Shown: in pieces, positions 21,001 through 29,465 of the stretch
How the letters are laid out: the number at the start of each line of letters is the position of its first letter
Position numbering within the stretch: the stretch's first letter is position 1
From: Myxococcota bacterium
GTDB lineage: Bacteria; Myxococcota_A; UBA9160; UBA4427
Reading direction: 5' to 3'
NCBI GenBank assembly: GCA_036336835.1
Contig: JAYZFK010000062.1
Coordinates: 96,001 to 160,000, forward strand
Length of the DNA: 64,000 nt
The notes under the pieces: generated by a model
Seen by the model: only the letters and a program-made list of their open reading frames with translations
Databases searched by the model: none
Told to the model about the DNA's origin: nothing
Made by a program: the position numbers and the translations under genes

Positions 21001-23675
21001 ATCAATCCGCGCATCGCGGCGAGATCGACCAGCGCGGACTCGAGTCGACTGTCGTGTGTGAGATCGACCCGCTCCGAGAGGCGAGTCAGCAGATCCACGA
21101 GCCCGCGTACCAGTCTCCGCCGCAGGTCGGGTTCCAACTGTGAGGCGAGCAAGCGCAGCTGCGCGCGCTCGAGAGCGTCGGTCGGCTCGAGATCGGTCAC
21201 GCCGTAGTGCCGCATTGCCTGACGCAGCAGCTCGAGGAACTCCTCGGCGATTCCCGCCCCCTGCGCTCGCATACGGCGAAGGTAGATGCGCAGCCGGGCG
21301 TTGTTCGACGGCCCGAGCTCTCCCGACACCGAGGCGCGGGGGGCGCGAATGAACAGGCGCTCGATGTCTACAAAGAGCGGGAGCTCGCGCCGCAGCTGCG
21401 CCAGCGCGCGCAGAAAATCGGCTGGGAGCTCGTCGGGCAGTGGCGCCTCGAGGAAGGCGAGCAGGCTTTCACCGCGCGCCTCGTTGGCGTCGTAACCGAG
21501 CAACACCCGGCGTATCTCGTCGCGCACGGTATCGAGGGCGCGACGTCGGTCGCGCACATCGGCCGCGGCGGCCGCGGCCGGATCGGGAACCGCGAATTCA
21601 CCGTCGCCATTGGCAGACTGGAACAACAGAGCGAGCGGGTCGCGTTGCAGCGGAAGCGTGAGTCGTTTGCCAGCGGCGCCGACCTCATCTTCATCGGCTG
21701 CAGGCTCGATCACGAGCAGCAAGTCCCCCGCCGCAACCTTCTGCCCTTTTCGAACGCTCACCTCGCTGACCGTGCCTGCAACCGGCGCCTCGAAGCCAAT
21801 CTCCATCTTCATTGCCTCGACGAGTCCGAGCGGCTGACCGACTTCGACCCGGTCGCCGGGCACTACGTGGACGGCAACCACCATCGCCGGCGTCGTGCTG
21901 CGCACCTGGCCGAGCGTCTGCCAGCCGAAACGGCGCGGGTGGCCGTCGATCTCGATGCGCAGACCCATCTCGGTCGCGTCATAGAGCACTCGGTGAACGC
22001 GGTCGTCGATCACGAGAAGCGCGGAGTGCGATGACTCCTCGCGCATGGTCGCGGTCGCGACCCGACCGTCGAGATGGACGCGATAGCGCCACGATCCGAT
22101 CGCGTAGACATCGAGTCGATAGCTCTCGCGAACGTAGGACAGGTCGATCTGCTGGCCCTGCGACGGGGGTACACGCTCGGCCGACAGACTGGTGGGATCG
22201 GAGTAGAAGTTGAGCCGAGCCAGCCCGCGGCCGCGTTGATACGCGAGGATTGCCGCCGCAACGAGAGCCGTGTGCGCGTCGTCTTCGCGGGCGGAGCGCT
22301 CGGCCGACCAGCGGTCCAGCCACCCGGTGTCGACGCCCCCGTGGCGGTACTCATCGCTGTCGAGCAACTCGAGCAGGTATCCCTTGTTGGTCGCTCCGCC
22401 CTCGACCACCAGCTCGAAATCGCGCAGCGCGCACTCGAGACGCGCGATCGCCTCGGCGCGCGTGTCCCCGGTGGCGATCACCTTCGAAATGAGGGAATCG
22501 AAGTCGGGGGGCACCGTCGTCCACGATACGACGCCGGCGTCGACACGAACACCCGAGCCGACTATCGGGTTGAAGCAGACGATGCGACCGGGTGAAGGGA
22601 TGAATCCCTGGTCGGGATCCTCGGCACACACCCGGGCCTCGATCGCAGCACCGCGCTCGCGAAATTCGAGATCGGCGAGCGACATCCCCCGGCCGATGAG
22701 GATCTGCAGCTGCACCAGGTCAACACCGGTGCGCTCTTCGGTGATGCCGTGCTCGACCTGCAGACGCGGGTTCACCTCGAGGAACACGAAATGCTCCCCC
22801 GAGAGCAAGAATTCGACCGTACCGATGCCCGAGTAACCGACTTCGCGCGCGAGCTCGACGGCAGACCGCTCGATGTCGTGGCAGAGCGAGTCCGGCACAC
22901 CGGGCGGTGGTGCCTCTTCGATCACCTTCTGGTGCCGCCGTTGCACGGAGCAGTCCCGCGCGCCGAGCGCGATCACATTGCCATGCAAGTCCGCCGCGAT
23001 CTGGACCTCGATGTGGCGACCCCCGACCACGCGCTCCTCGCAGAATAACCGCCCGTCGCCGAATGCCGTTTCGGCCTCCGATGCGGCCGAGCGAAACGCC
23101 TCTTCCAGCTGATCCGGTCCGTCGACCATGCGAATGCCGCGACCACCACCACCCGCAGATGCCTTGATCACCATCGGGTATCCGATGCGCTCCGCGGCGC
23201 GACGCGCATCGTCGACATCGGTCAGCACGCCGCCGTTCCACTTCGAGACCGGAACGCGCGCTCGCTCGGCCAGCTGCTTCGCGGCGATCTTGTCGCCGAC
23301 CGCCTTCATCGCTTCCGGGCTCGGTCCGAGGAAGACGATGTTCGCCTCGCGAAGCCTCTCTGCGAACCTGGCGTCCTCGGCCACGAAGCCCCAGCCCGGC
23401 CAGACAGCATCCGCTTCGCCAGCGCTCAGTGCTTCGAGCAGAGCATCGTGGTCGAGGTAGGCAGCCACGGCTCCGCGGGGGGCATCGAGGCGGATCGCGT
23501 GGTCCGCGTGCCGAACGAATGGCGCGTCGCGGTCGATGGCCGTGTAGAGCGCGACGGTGTCGAGCTCGTTTCGCTCGAGTGTACGCAGCTCCTTGACCGC
23601 TCGGATGCAGCGCATCGCAGCCTCGCCACGATTCACGATGGCCAGGCGGCGAAACTCTCGTCGAACCTCACTCAC
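18066..23675 (-). CDS. Single-chain multidomain acyl-CoA carboxylase (BC-BT-BCCP-central-CT), 1869 aa
   Basis: NRGEAA, WPGWGFVAE, GGGGRG, RDCSVQRRHQK and EVNPRLQVEH (biotin carboxylase); EAMKM (biotinyl Lys); SSGAKI, ANLSGFDGS and YHGGAYVV (carboxyltransferase). Confidence 0.93.
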   Translation of the reverse strand: MSEVRREFRRLAIVNRGEAAMRCIRAVKELRTLERNELDTVALYTAIDRDAPFVRHADHAIRLDAPRGAVAAYLDHDALLEALSAGEADAVWPGWGFVAEDARFAERLREANIVFLGPSPEAMKAVGDKIAAKQLAERARVPVSKWNGGVLTDVDDARRAAERIGYPMVIKASAGGGGRGIRMVDGPDQLEEAFRSAASEAETAFGDGRLFCEERVVGGRHIEVQIAADLHGNVIALGARDCSVQRRHQKVIEEAPPPGVPDSLCHDIERSAVELAREVGYSGIGTVEFLLSGEHFVFLEVNPRLQVEHGITEERTGVDLVQLQILIGRGMSLADLEFRERGAAIEARVCAEDPDQGFIPSPGRIVCFNPIVGSGVRVDAGVVSWTTVPPDFDSLISKVIATGDTRAEAIARLECALRDFELVVEGGATNKGYLLELLDSDEYRHGGVDTGWLDRWSAERSAREDDAHTALVAAAILAYQRGRGLARLNFYSDPTSLSAERVPPSQGQQIDLSYVRESYRLDVYAIGSWRYRVHLDGRVATATMREESSHSALLVIDDRVHRVLYDATEMGLRIEIDGHPRRFGWQTLGQVRSTTPAMVVAVHVVPGDRVEVGQPLGLVEAMKMEIGFEAPVAGTVSEVSVRKGQKVAAGDLLLVIEPAADEDEVGAAGKRLTLPLQRDPLALLFQSANGDGEFAVPDPAAAAAADVRDRRRALDTVRDEIRRVLLGYDANEARGESLLAFLEAPLPDELPADFLRALAQLRRELPLFVDIERLFIRAPRASVSGELGPSNNARLRIYLRRMRAQGAGIAEEFLELLRQAMRHYGVTDLEPTDALERAQLRLLASQLEPDLRRRLVRGLVDLLTRLSERVDLTHDSRLESALVDLAAMRGLIPDALADAAIDARYSIFEGPRMEKQIEPSSEELELWLSRAEHRPTLPPDEILHELAVAPLTLYRRVGRWLDSPEPARRGIALAAHLQRCYAGDFPLGRGALIGDEGNAQWIRVPDRGIVLARTCGAKDAEAGVETLIESGKQWGGDHVFARELVMCGIETCHVEDVTERVAALLRPQRFRGRFTLELHSDDNAVVCKTFRYTPRGVESDEQLHGVHPETADRIDLSRFDAFDLERLPAEDGIYAFHGRSRDVPGDERIFILADVPGRFPQAGREIEPQVANFERAFHRATARLRGVLQERDPRRRLQWNRIVLIVGAAIHLEGEEVSALAQRLAPATRHLGLEKLLVRLNVYDRAAPDAEPRWVELVFTDPTGHQMEIAWRSPHRAPLQPAQDYERKVVEARGRQVAYPYEIIRMLTGAEPSLAIGVSEDGDEGGAQRIPRGRFVEYELSSDGVGIEVADRDWGGNVAGVIFGVISTPTEKLPEGMQRVLVLSDPTMSMGSLAEPECRRIVAAIDLAEQLGVPVEWVPVSSGAKIAMDSGTENLDATARVVRRIVTFTRAGGEINVIVQGVNVGAQSYFDALATMSMQTRGVLIMTPGASMVLTGRAALEASGGVAAEDEIAIGGYERVMGPNGEGQYYARNLVDAYRMLYDYYEISYVAPGESRPRRAETTDLPSRSVCDHRLEEGEDFATVGEIFDDASNPGRKRAFPMRAVMKSLIDRDARHLERWRRMVGAETAIVWDSHLGGIPISLIGIESHGLQREGYRPLDGPETWTGGTLFPLSSKKVARAINAASGNRPVVILANLSGFDGSPESLRKLQLEYGAEIARAVVNFEGPILFLVVSRYHGGAYVVFSQELNEGLEASALTGSFASVIGGAAAASVVFAREVRARAATEPRVAEARRALRRRPSPQARAAFEKLLEAVRLERQTELADEFDKIHCVERAREVGSLDSIFESHEMRPRLIAKLEAALADSES

Positions 23676-24298
23676 CGATCAGCGCCTCCGACTGCGGCCG
23701 GATCGATCTCGCACGCGAACCCCAGCCAGTTCCCGTGATGGGACAAGGACAGATCGACCGGCGCAAGTTCGCCGCGTAGCCACAGGAAGGGGATACGGCC
23801 CCGCCGACGCACCTCGAGCTCCGATGGCGCGACGCCGAGCGACTCGGCAATCCGCTCGCAGAGGAGTGAGCGCACGGCTCGGCTCGGGGCATCCGGGTCG
23901 CCGCTCGCGATCTCGCCGGCGTCGAGCCGCCGCCAGCCGGCGAGCACGCGCCTCGACTGTGCCGGCTCCGACGTCGCGACCGCGTGCAGGGCGCCATCGC
24001 TCTCGGTGTAGTCGACCGCGAAGCGTCGCGAGTCGTGCACGACGATCGCGCCCGATCCCTCGGTGATCTCGACCTCGAAGCGCTGCGGCGAGAAGACCGT
24101 CGTGGCCACCAGCTTCCGCACCAGCTTGTAGACAGCTTCCTTTGCCGCCCACAGCTTCCAGCGAAGCCGCTCGGGCTCCGCGGAAGCGGCGATCCTCGCG
24201 CGTTCACGCGCGCTGAACACACGTGTGTCGAAGCGGGGGTGGAGCGATTCGCTGCGCGACTCGGGATCACGCAGATCGACGATGTCATTGCCGACCAT
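23672..24298 (-). CDS. 4'-phosphopantetheinyl transferase
   Basis: VGNDIVDL, WAAKEAVYK and SLSHHG motifs. Confidence 0.9.
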   Translation of the reverse strand: MVGNDIVDLRDPESRSESLHPRFDTRVFSARERARIAASAEPERLRWKLWAAKEAVYKLVRKLVATTVFSPQRFEVEITEGSGAIVVHDSRRFAVDYTESDGALHAVATSEPAQSRRVLAGWRRLDAGEIASGDPDAPSRAVRSLLCERIAESLGVAPSELEVRRRGRIPFLWLRGELAPVDLSLSHHGNWLGFACEIDPAAVGGADR

Positions 24299-25058
24299 CG
24301 AAGTACTCCTCCTCCATCTTCGCAAGCTGTGCCGTCACCTGACGCGCCAGATCACGAGAACGGCGCGCGCCGCGGTAATCCGACTTCGGCTCGATGCACG
24401 ACATCTCGACAGTGAGCGTGTCGCCGCGAGCGGGGAACCTCCCCCAGCTCTGCTGCGCGTCTCCCCGCAGGAAGATGCAAAGCACCCGGCAGTTCGGCAG
24501 TGCACCGATGACCCGTCCCACCCCCCAGGCTGCGGCGGCGGGATCCACCCGCCCGGACCGACTTCGACCACCTTCCGGGAAGAGCAGCGCCAGCTCCCCA
24601 CGCTCCAGCAGATGCACGACGCGGTCGAGCACCAACCCCGTATCTTCGCGGCGCCCACCTCGCGTGATCGGAATACACTTCGCAAAATATGTGAGCGCGG
24701 AGTACAGCGGACTCCGGGCGAAATTCGTCCTCTCGGGTGTATTCCACGCGAATGACTTCGGGTCCGTGAGAAGTCTCCAGGGACTGCGAAGCACCCACAT
24801 GATCAGGAACGAATCGATCAGCGTCAGGTGGTTGCCGCACAACATCAACGGATCGTCCGTTTCCCTCCAGATCCCGTCGAATTCGGCGCGCGCCCGCCCG
24901 AGGTTGCGCACCGAGTAGCCTCCGACGAGGCGCAGACAGCCGGCCGCGAGCGGCACCCATAACGGTGCCGCCAGCGTCACGATCGCCAGCTGCAGCGCAT
25001 GAAGCGAACGGCTCAGCCGCCGCGACCGACCCGTTGAGTTGGAGGAACCCGATGCCAC
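24285..25058 (-). CDS. PlsC-like lysophospholipid acyltransferase
   Basis: NHLTLID (HX4D) and FPEGGRS motifs. Confidence 0.9.
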   Translation of the reverse strand: MASGSSNSTGRSRRLSRSLHALQLAIVTLAAPLWVPLAAGCLRLVGGYSVRNLGRARAEFDGIWRETDDPLMLCGNHLTLIDSFLIMWVLRSPWRLLTDPKSFAWNTPERTNFARSPLYSALTYFAKCIPITRGGRREDTGLVLDRVVHLLERGELALLFPEGGRSRSGRVDPAAAAWGVGRVIGALPNCRVLCIFLRGDAQQSWGRFPARGDTLTVEMSCIEPKSDYRGARRSRDLARQVTAQLAKMEEEYFDGRQ

Positions 25059-25068
25059 GAAACTGGCG

Positions 25069-25314
25069 CTAGAGCTTCGCGAGGATCAGATTGACGGCAT
25101 CACCGACGCTGTTCACAGAGTCGACATCTTCGTCGGCGATCTCGATATCGAAGTCGTCTTCGAACGCAATGATGACATCGACCAGCCGGGCCGAGTTGAC
25201 CTTGAGATCATCGAGAATGCTCGTCTCCATGCCCACCTTCGCGAGGGCCTCTTCGTTCTTTGCCCACGGTGTGAGAATCTTCACTACTCGTTCAAGGACT
25301 TCACTCTGCTCCAT
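25069..25314 (-). CDS. Acyl carrier protein (atypical NSA motif)
   Basis: DDLKVNSARLVDVIIAFEDDFDIEI; acidic 81 aa. Confidence 0.92.
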   Translation of the reverse strand: MEQSEVLERVVKILTPWAKNEEALAKVGMETSILDDLKVNSARLVDVIIAFEDDFDIEIADEDVDSVNSVGDAVNLILAKL

Positions 25315-25396
25315 CAGACTTCCCCTTCAGTTGATCGCAATCGATCGTCGTCTCGTCATCGATTCGCGCGAGTTCGCCCGCGCGACGTAATCGGCT

Positions 25397-26686
25397 TCAG
25401 TCCTCGAATTTCCGGAGAACCAGGCACGCGTTGACGTCACCGAACCCAAAGCCGGCCTTGATCACTGTTCGCAGCTCCGGCAGCTCGCGCATTTCGTGAC
25501 CAATCGCAGGCTCATACGCGGCAATCTCGGGATGGACGTCTTCGCAGTTGACCGATGGGTGTGCGAAACCACCCTCGAGCATCAGCACGGCGGCCACCGA
25601 CTCGATCGCTCCGGCGGCGCCAAGTGCATGACCGATCAGCGACTTGGTGGCTGTGATGGTTGGAAAGTCGGCTGGCTCCCGGCCGAGCGCCTTGGTCCAC
25701 GAGGAGATCTCTCTGGGGTCGGCTGTTGTTGCAGTGAGATGACCGTTGATCAGATCGATTTCGGCCGCATCGATACCCGCGTCGGCGAGCGCGCTCTGCA
25801 CGCAACGCACAACGCCTTCGGGATTCGGTGCCGTCATGCTCCCGCCGCCACGGTGACCGCCGCAGTTGACGGCCTGGCCCAGCACCTCGGCGCGGATCCG
25901 CGCGCCGCGCTCGCGCGCCGAAGACAGACTCTCGAGCAGCACCACACCAGCGCCCGAGCCCGGTACGAAACCACCGGCGGAGGCGGACATCGGCCGCGAA
26001 GCCTTCTCGGGAGCATCGTTGAAATCCCGGCACAGGACACGCATCGCGTCGAAGCCCGCCCAGATGTAGTGGCTCGCCGCTTCCGCACCACCGCACAGCA
26101 TGCGCTTCGCCAGGCCGCGCCGGATTCGCTCGGTTCCCATTGCGATCGCCTCGCTGCCAGTGCTGCAGGCGCTCGAGTTGGTGGTCACCTGGTTGCCCAG
26201 CCCGAGCTGGCCGGAGATGCGGGCAGAGATACCGCTCGCCATCACCTGCTCGACGGCGGTCGAGCCCAGACGACGGACCCTGCCGGCATCCGTATACGGC
26301 ACGACGTATCCGGCGGTCGTGTCCATACCGCCGACCCCGGTGCCCAGGATAGCCCCGCAGTCCCAGTCCACGCGGTCGTCGCCGCGTTCGGGCCGCTCGA
26401 ACCCGGCATCCCGCCACGCCTCGACGCTGGCCAGACTCGCATATCGATGGCCCATGTTCATTGCGAGTAGCTCGTCCGATTCGAAGCTCTGCTCGGCGAG
26501 CTCGTCGACTCCCAGCGGCGTTCCGGCGACCTGACAGGCGAACTTGTTCTCCTGCATGATCAGCTGGTGACGAATACCGGAGACCCCCTCTCGCAGCGCA
26601 CTGCGGAAAGCATCGAGGCCATTGCCATTGGGCGCGATCACACCGAGCCCGGTTACGACCACTCGTTCGTCGGCTCGTCCGCTCAT
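25397..26686 (-). CDS. fabF: Beta-ketoacyl-ACP synthase (FabF-like)
   Basis: SSACSTG, NGHLTAT, KSLIGH and GFGFG motifs. Confidence 0.9.
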   Translation of the reverse strand: MSGRADERVVVTGLGVIAPNGNGLDAFRSALREGVSGIRHQLIMQENKFACQVAGTPLGVDELAEQSFESDELLAMNMGHRYASLASVEAWRDAGFERPERGDDRVDWDCGAILGTGVGGMDTTAGYVVPYTDAGRVRRLGSTAVEQVMASGISARISGQLGLGNQVTTNSSACSTGSEAIAMGTERIRRGLAKRMLCGGAEAASHYIWAGFDAMRVLCRDFNDAPEKASRPMSASAGGFVPGSGAGVVLLESLSSARERGARIRAEVLGQAVNCGGHRGGGSMTAPNPEGVVRCVQSALADAGIDAAEIDLINGHLTATTADPREISSWTKALGREPADFPTITATKSLIGHALGAAGAIESVAAVLMLEGGFAHPSVNCEDVHPEIAAYEPAIGHEMRELPELRTVIKAGFGFGDVNACLVLRKFED

Positions 26687-27144
26687 CTGGGAACTCCCAT
26701 GCCGGACAGCGTCCCGCTCGCCACGACAGTGCCGTCCTCCAGTTCCATCTCGACCGATGTGCGCAGCTTGCGCCGCCGGAACATCTCCTTGCGGCCCGTG
26801 GTGGTGACGCGTTGCCCCGGTCGCACCATGCCGGTGAACTCGACGTTGGCATCGTTAAAGATCGTCAGCAGCTTCTCGACTTCTTCTCGCCCGCTCGGTT
26901 CGAGCTAAACCAGATACAAGCCAAATGCCACGACTCCAGCCTGCGCCATCGCCTCGGTGAGGAGAACGCCCGGTGTAATCGGATTCCCCGGGAAGTGGCC
27001 GCGGTAGAACTCTGCCGCCTCGCGAAACGTGTAGTGCGCGACGATGTGGTTGGGATCGAGCTCGTCGATGCCGTCGATGAAACGAAACGGCTCCTGCTGC
27101 GGAATCCGCGCGAGCACCTCGTCGGGTGTGAACGGGTCAGCCAC
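26683..27144 (-). pseudogene. fabZ: FabZ-like 3-hydroxyacyl-ACP dehydratase interrupted by in-frame TAG at 26905-26907
   Basis: PQQEPFRFID and [20 protein letters not shown]. After the TAG the frame continues LEPSGREEVEKLLTIFNDANVEFTGMVRPG...VASGTLSGMGVPR* and overlaps the fabF ATG. Confidence 0.85.
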
Positions 27145-27868
27145 CGTACATCCCCCCGTTCACGTGGATCACCGTGCCGTTGATGTAGCCGCCGCGCGTT
27201 GCGAGATAGGCGACGACGTCCGCGATCTCATCGGCGCGGCCCATCCGCCCCTGAGGGATCCGGCTCAGGATCCCGTCCTTGACGTCGTCGGGCAGTACCT
27301 CGGTCATGTCGGTGTCGATGAAGCCCGGAGCCACCGAGTTGACCAGGATCTCGCGGCCGGCGAGCTCCTGGACCAGCGATTTGGTGAACGCGTCCAGGCT
27401 GGCCTTGACCATGGTGTACGGGATCTGAGCTGCGTTCCCCGTATGGCCGACCACGCTCGAGATGTTCACGATTCGGCCAGTGCCACGACGCAACATGAAG
27501 CGGCGCAAGATCAACTTGGTCAGGTACCAGGTGCCGCGTGCCAGCCCGACGACCGCGTCGTAATCATCGAGCTTCATCGTCAGCAGGGGCGCGTTGATAT
27601 TGAGTCCGGCATTGTTGACCAGGACGTCGACGCGACCAGCCTCGTCCTTGATCGAGCGAATCATCTCGTCGACCTGCTCGGAGTCTCCGATGTCGCCGGG
27701 CAGCGTAAAGGCGCCATCGAGCTCGGCTGCAACCTTGGCTGCCTTCTCCGCACTCGAACGGAAGTGCACGGCAACCCGGAAGCCCTCGGCCGCGAGCGCC
27801 CGGCAGCAGGCGGCGCCGATCCCAGTGCCTCCACCCGTGACCAGTGCAACAGGGCGATCTCCACTCAT
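27137..27868 (-). CDS. fabG: 3-oxoacyl-ACP reductase (FabG-like)
   Basis: TGGGTGIG, NNAG, YTMVK and APGFIDTDMT motifs. Confidence 0.9.
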   Translation of the reverse strand: MSGDRPVALVTGGGTGIGAACCRALAAEGFRVAVHFRSSAEKAAKVAAELDGAFTLPGDIGDSEQVDEMIRSIKDEAGRVDVLVNNAGLNINAPLLTMKLDDYDAVVGLARGTWYLTKLILRRFMLRRGTGRIVNISSVVGHTGNAAQIPYTMVKASLDAFTKSLVQELAGREILVNSVAPGFIDTDMTEVLPDDVKDGILSRIPQGRMGRADEIADVVAYLATRGGYINGTVIHVNGGMYGG

Positions 27869-28458
27869 CGTTCGATCTTCCCGCCCTTTGAATTCTCGGC
27901 CGGCCAGGGATAGTCGGTGTACTGGATGCCCTGGAACAGACCGACTCGAGCACCCTCGATCGTGTAGATCTCCTCGCCGTCGACCAGCACGCGTCCGTTT
28001 CCGAGCACGATCGACGCGCCCTTGTCGGGCATGTCGCTGTAGCGGCGGACATCGATGTCGTAAGTCACAACGCTGTCGTGCGGCCGGATCTGGCCGAAGA
28101 AATCGACTTCCTTGCAACCGAGTGCGCGGCCCGCCCCGAGCCCCCCGCGCCAGTTGCAGTAGAAGCCGAGCATCTGCCAGATCGCGTCCACACCGAGGCA
28201 GCCGGGCTGCACCGGGTCGGCATTGAAGTGACACTGGAAGTACCAGGCGGACAGCTGGATATCCTGCTCGGCGACGAGCTTGCCACGCGCACCGTCGGCG
28301 CGGATCTCGACCACGCGATCGACCATCATCATCGGTGGCGTGGGCAGCCGCGCGGCGAATCCGTCCGGCGGATCCTTGACCAGCCGACCGTACGCGAACG
28401 CCAACAAATCCGATTGAGTGAAGTGATCGCGCGCCTTGAATTCGTCGTAAGTGAGCAT
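27865..28458 (-). CDS. fabA: 3-hydroxyacyl-ACP dehydratase/isomerase FabA
   Basis: LPTPPMMMVDR, WYFQCHFNADPVQPGCLGVDAIWQ and GRALG motifs. Confidence 0.93.
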   Translation of the reverse strand: MLTYDEFKARDHFTQSDLLAFAYGRLVKDPPDGFAARLPTPPMMMVDRVVEIRADGARGKLVAEQDIQLSAWYFQCHFNADPVQPGCLGVDAIWQMLGFYCNWRGGLGAGRALGCKEVDFFGQIRPHDSVVTYDIDVRRYSDMPDKGASIVLGNGRVLVDGEEIYTIEGARVGLFQGIQYTDYPWPAENSKGGKIER

Positions 28459-28475
28459 TCGCCCTCAATGCGATC

Positions 28476-29465
28476 CTAGGACGTGAAGTGGATCCAGTAT
28501 CCCGCCCAGCTAAGACCCGAGCCGACGCCAACGACACCGATGTCGTCGAGATCGGTCCACTTGTCCCACTCCATCGAGATCACGGATGCTGCGCTTGCAC
28601 AGCCGGTGTTGCCATACCACTCGACGTTGGAGTGGTGGGAATCGTCCGGAATCTCGCAGCGCCGGCATACGGTTTCGAGCATTCGCAGGTTCGCCTGGTG
28701 CCCGACGAAGTGGAAGCGGCGTTCGGGATCCTCGTATTCGGCGCGCAGGGCTACGAGCACCTCGCACGTCTTCTTGATCGCGAACATCTGCACCTTGCGG
28801 CCGTCCTGCGCGAAGTGGCCGAGCCGCGGCACGGTCACGTGTCCAGCCCCAGCAGGACTCGAGGCCAGACGACTCCCATCGATCCGCGCGCGCCCCGGCT
28901 CTGTGAGTGAGATCACCACCGCCGCCGCAGCATCGCCCCAGAGCACTGCCGAGGAGCGATCGTTGTAATCAACGGTCCGCGACAGCGCCTCGGGAGCGCA
29001 CACGAGCACGTAGGGCGGCAGCGCGTCAGCGCGCATCAGTGACAGCACGTAGAGCTGAGCGAAAAGGCTCGTACACGCCGAGTTGATGTCGAAGGTCGGC
29101 ACCTCGAGACCGAGTTCGCGAGCGATGTAGGCGGCTTCGCAGGGCGAGGCACTATCCGGCGCCGACGAGCCCGAAATGACCATGCCGATTGCTTCGGGCG
29201 AGATGCCAGCTCGATCGATCGCGAGCCGTGAGGCGCGCGCAGCCATGTCGGGGTTCGAGTGCTCGGCAGCCTCGAGGCCCGCGCGCGGGTCGACGTTCCG
29301 GGTGGCCCTGATGTAGTCGAGCGGCATCGTCGTGCGGCGAGCTCGGATGCCCACGCGCTCCATGATCCACTCCTCGTTGGTACCGATATCGAGATCCTCG
29401 AGGAAACGGTTGCTGATCTCGTTTCGGGGCTGGAAGTGGCCGAGTCCGTGGAGGTGCAGGGTCAC
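28476..29465 (-). CDS. fabH: Ketoacyl-ACP synthase III (FabH-like)
   Basis: NSACTS, GHQAN and YGNT triad; GTG start overlaps the upstream stop. Confidence 0.87.
   Translation of the reverse strand: MTLHLHGLGHFQPRNEISNRFLEDLDIGTNEEWIMERVGIRARRTTMPLDYIRATRNVDPRAGLEAAEHSNPDMAARASRLAIDRAGISPEAIGMVISGSSAPDSASPCEAAYIARELGLEVPTFDINSACTSLFAQLYVLSLMRADALPPYVLVCAPEALSRTVDYNDRSSAVLWGDAAAAVVISLTEPGRARIDGSRLASSPAGAGHVTVPRLGHFAQDGRKVQMFAIKKTCEVLVALRAEYEDPERRFHFVGHQANLRMLETVCRRCEIPDDSHHSNVEWYGNTGCASAASVISMEWDKWTDLDDIGVVGVGSGLSWAGYWIHFTS

Noticed and set aside
26905..26907. Genome-wide TAG recoding or pyrrolysine
   Set aside because: Many genes in the window end normally at TAG, and no pyl genes are seen.
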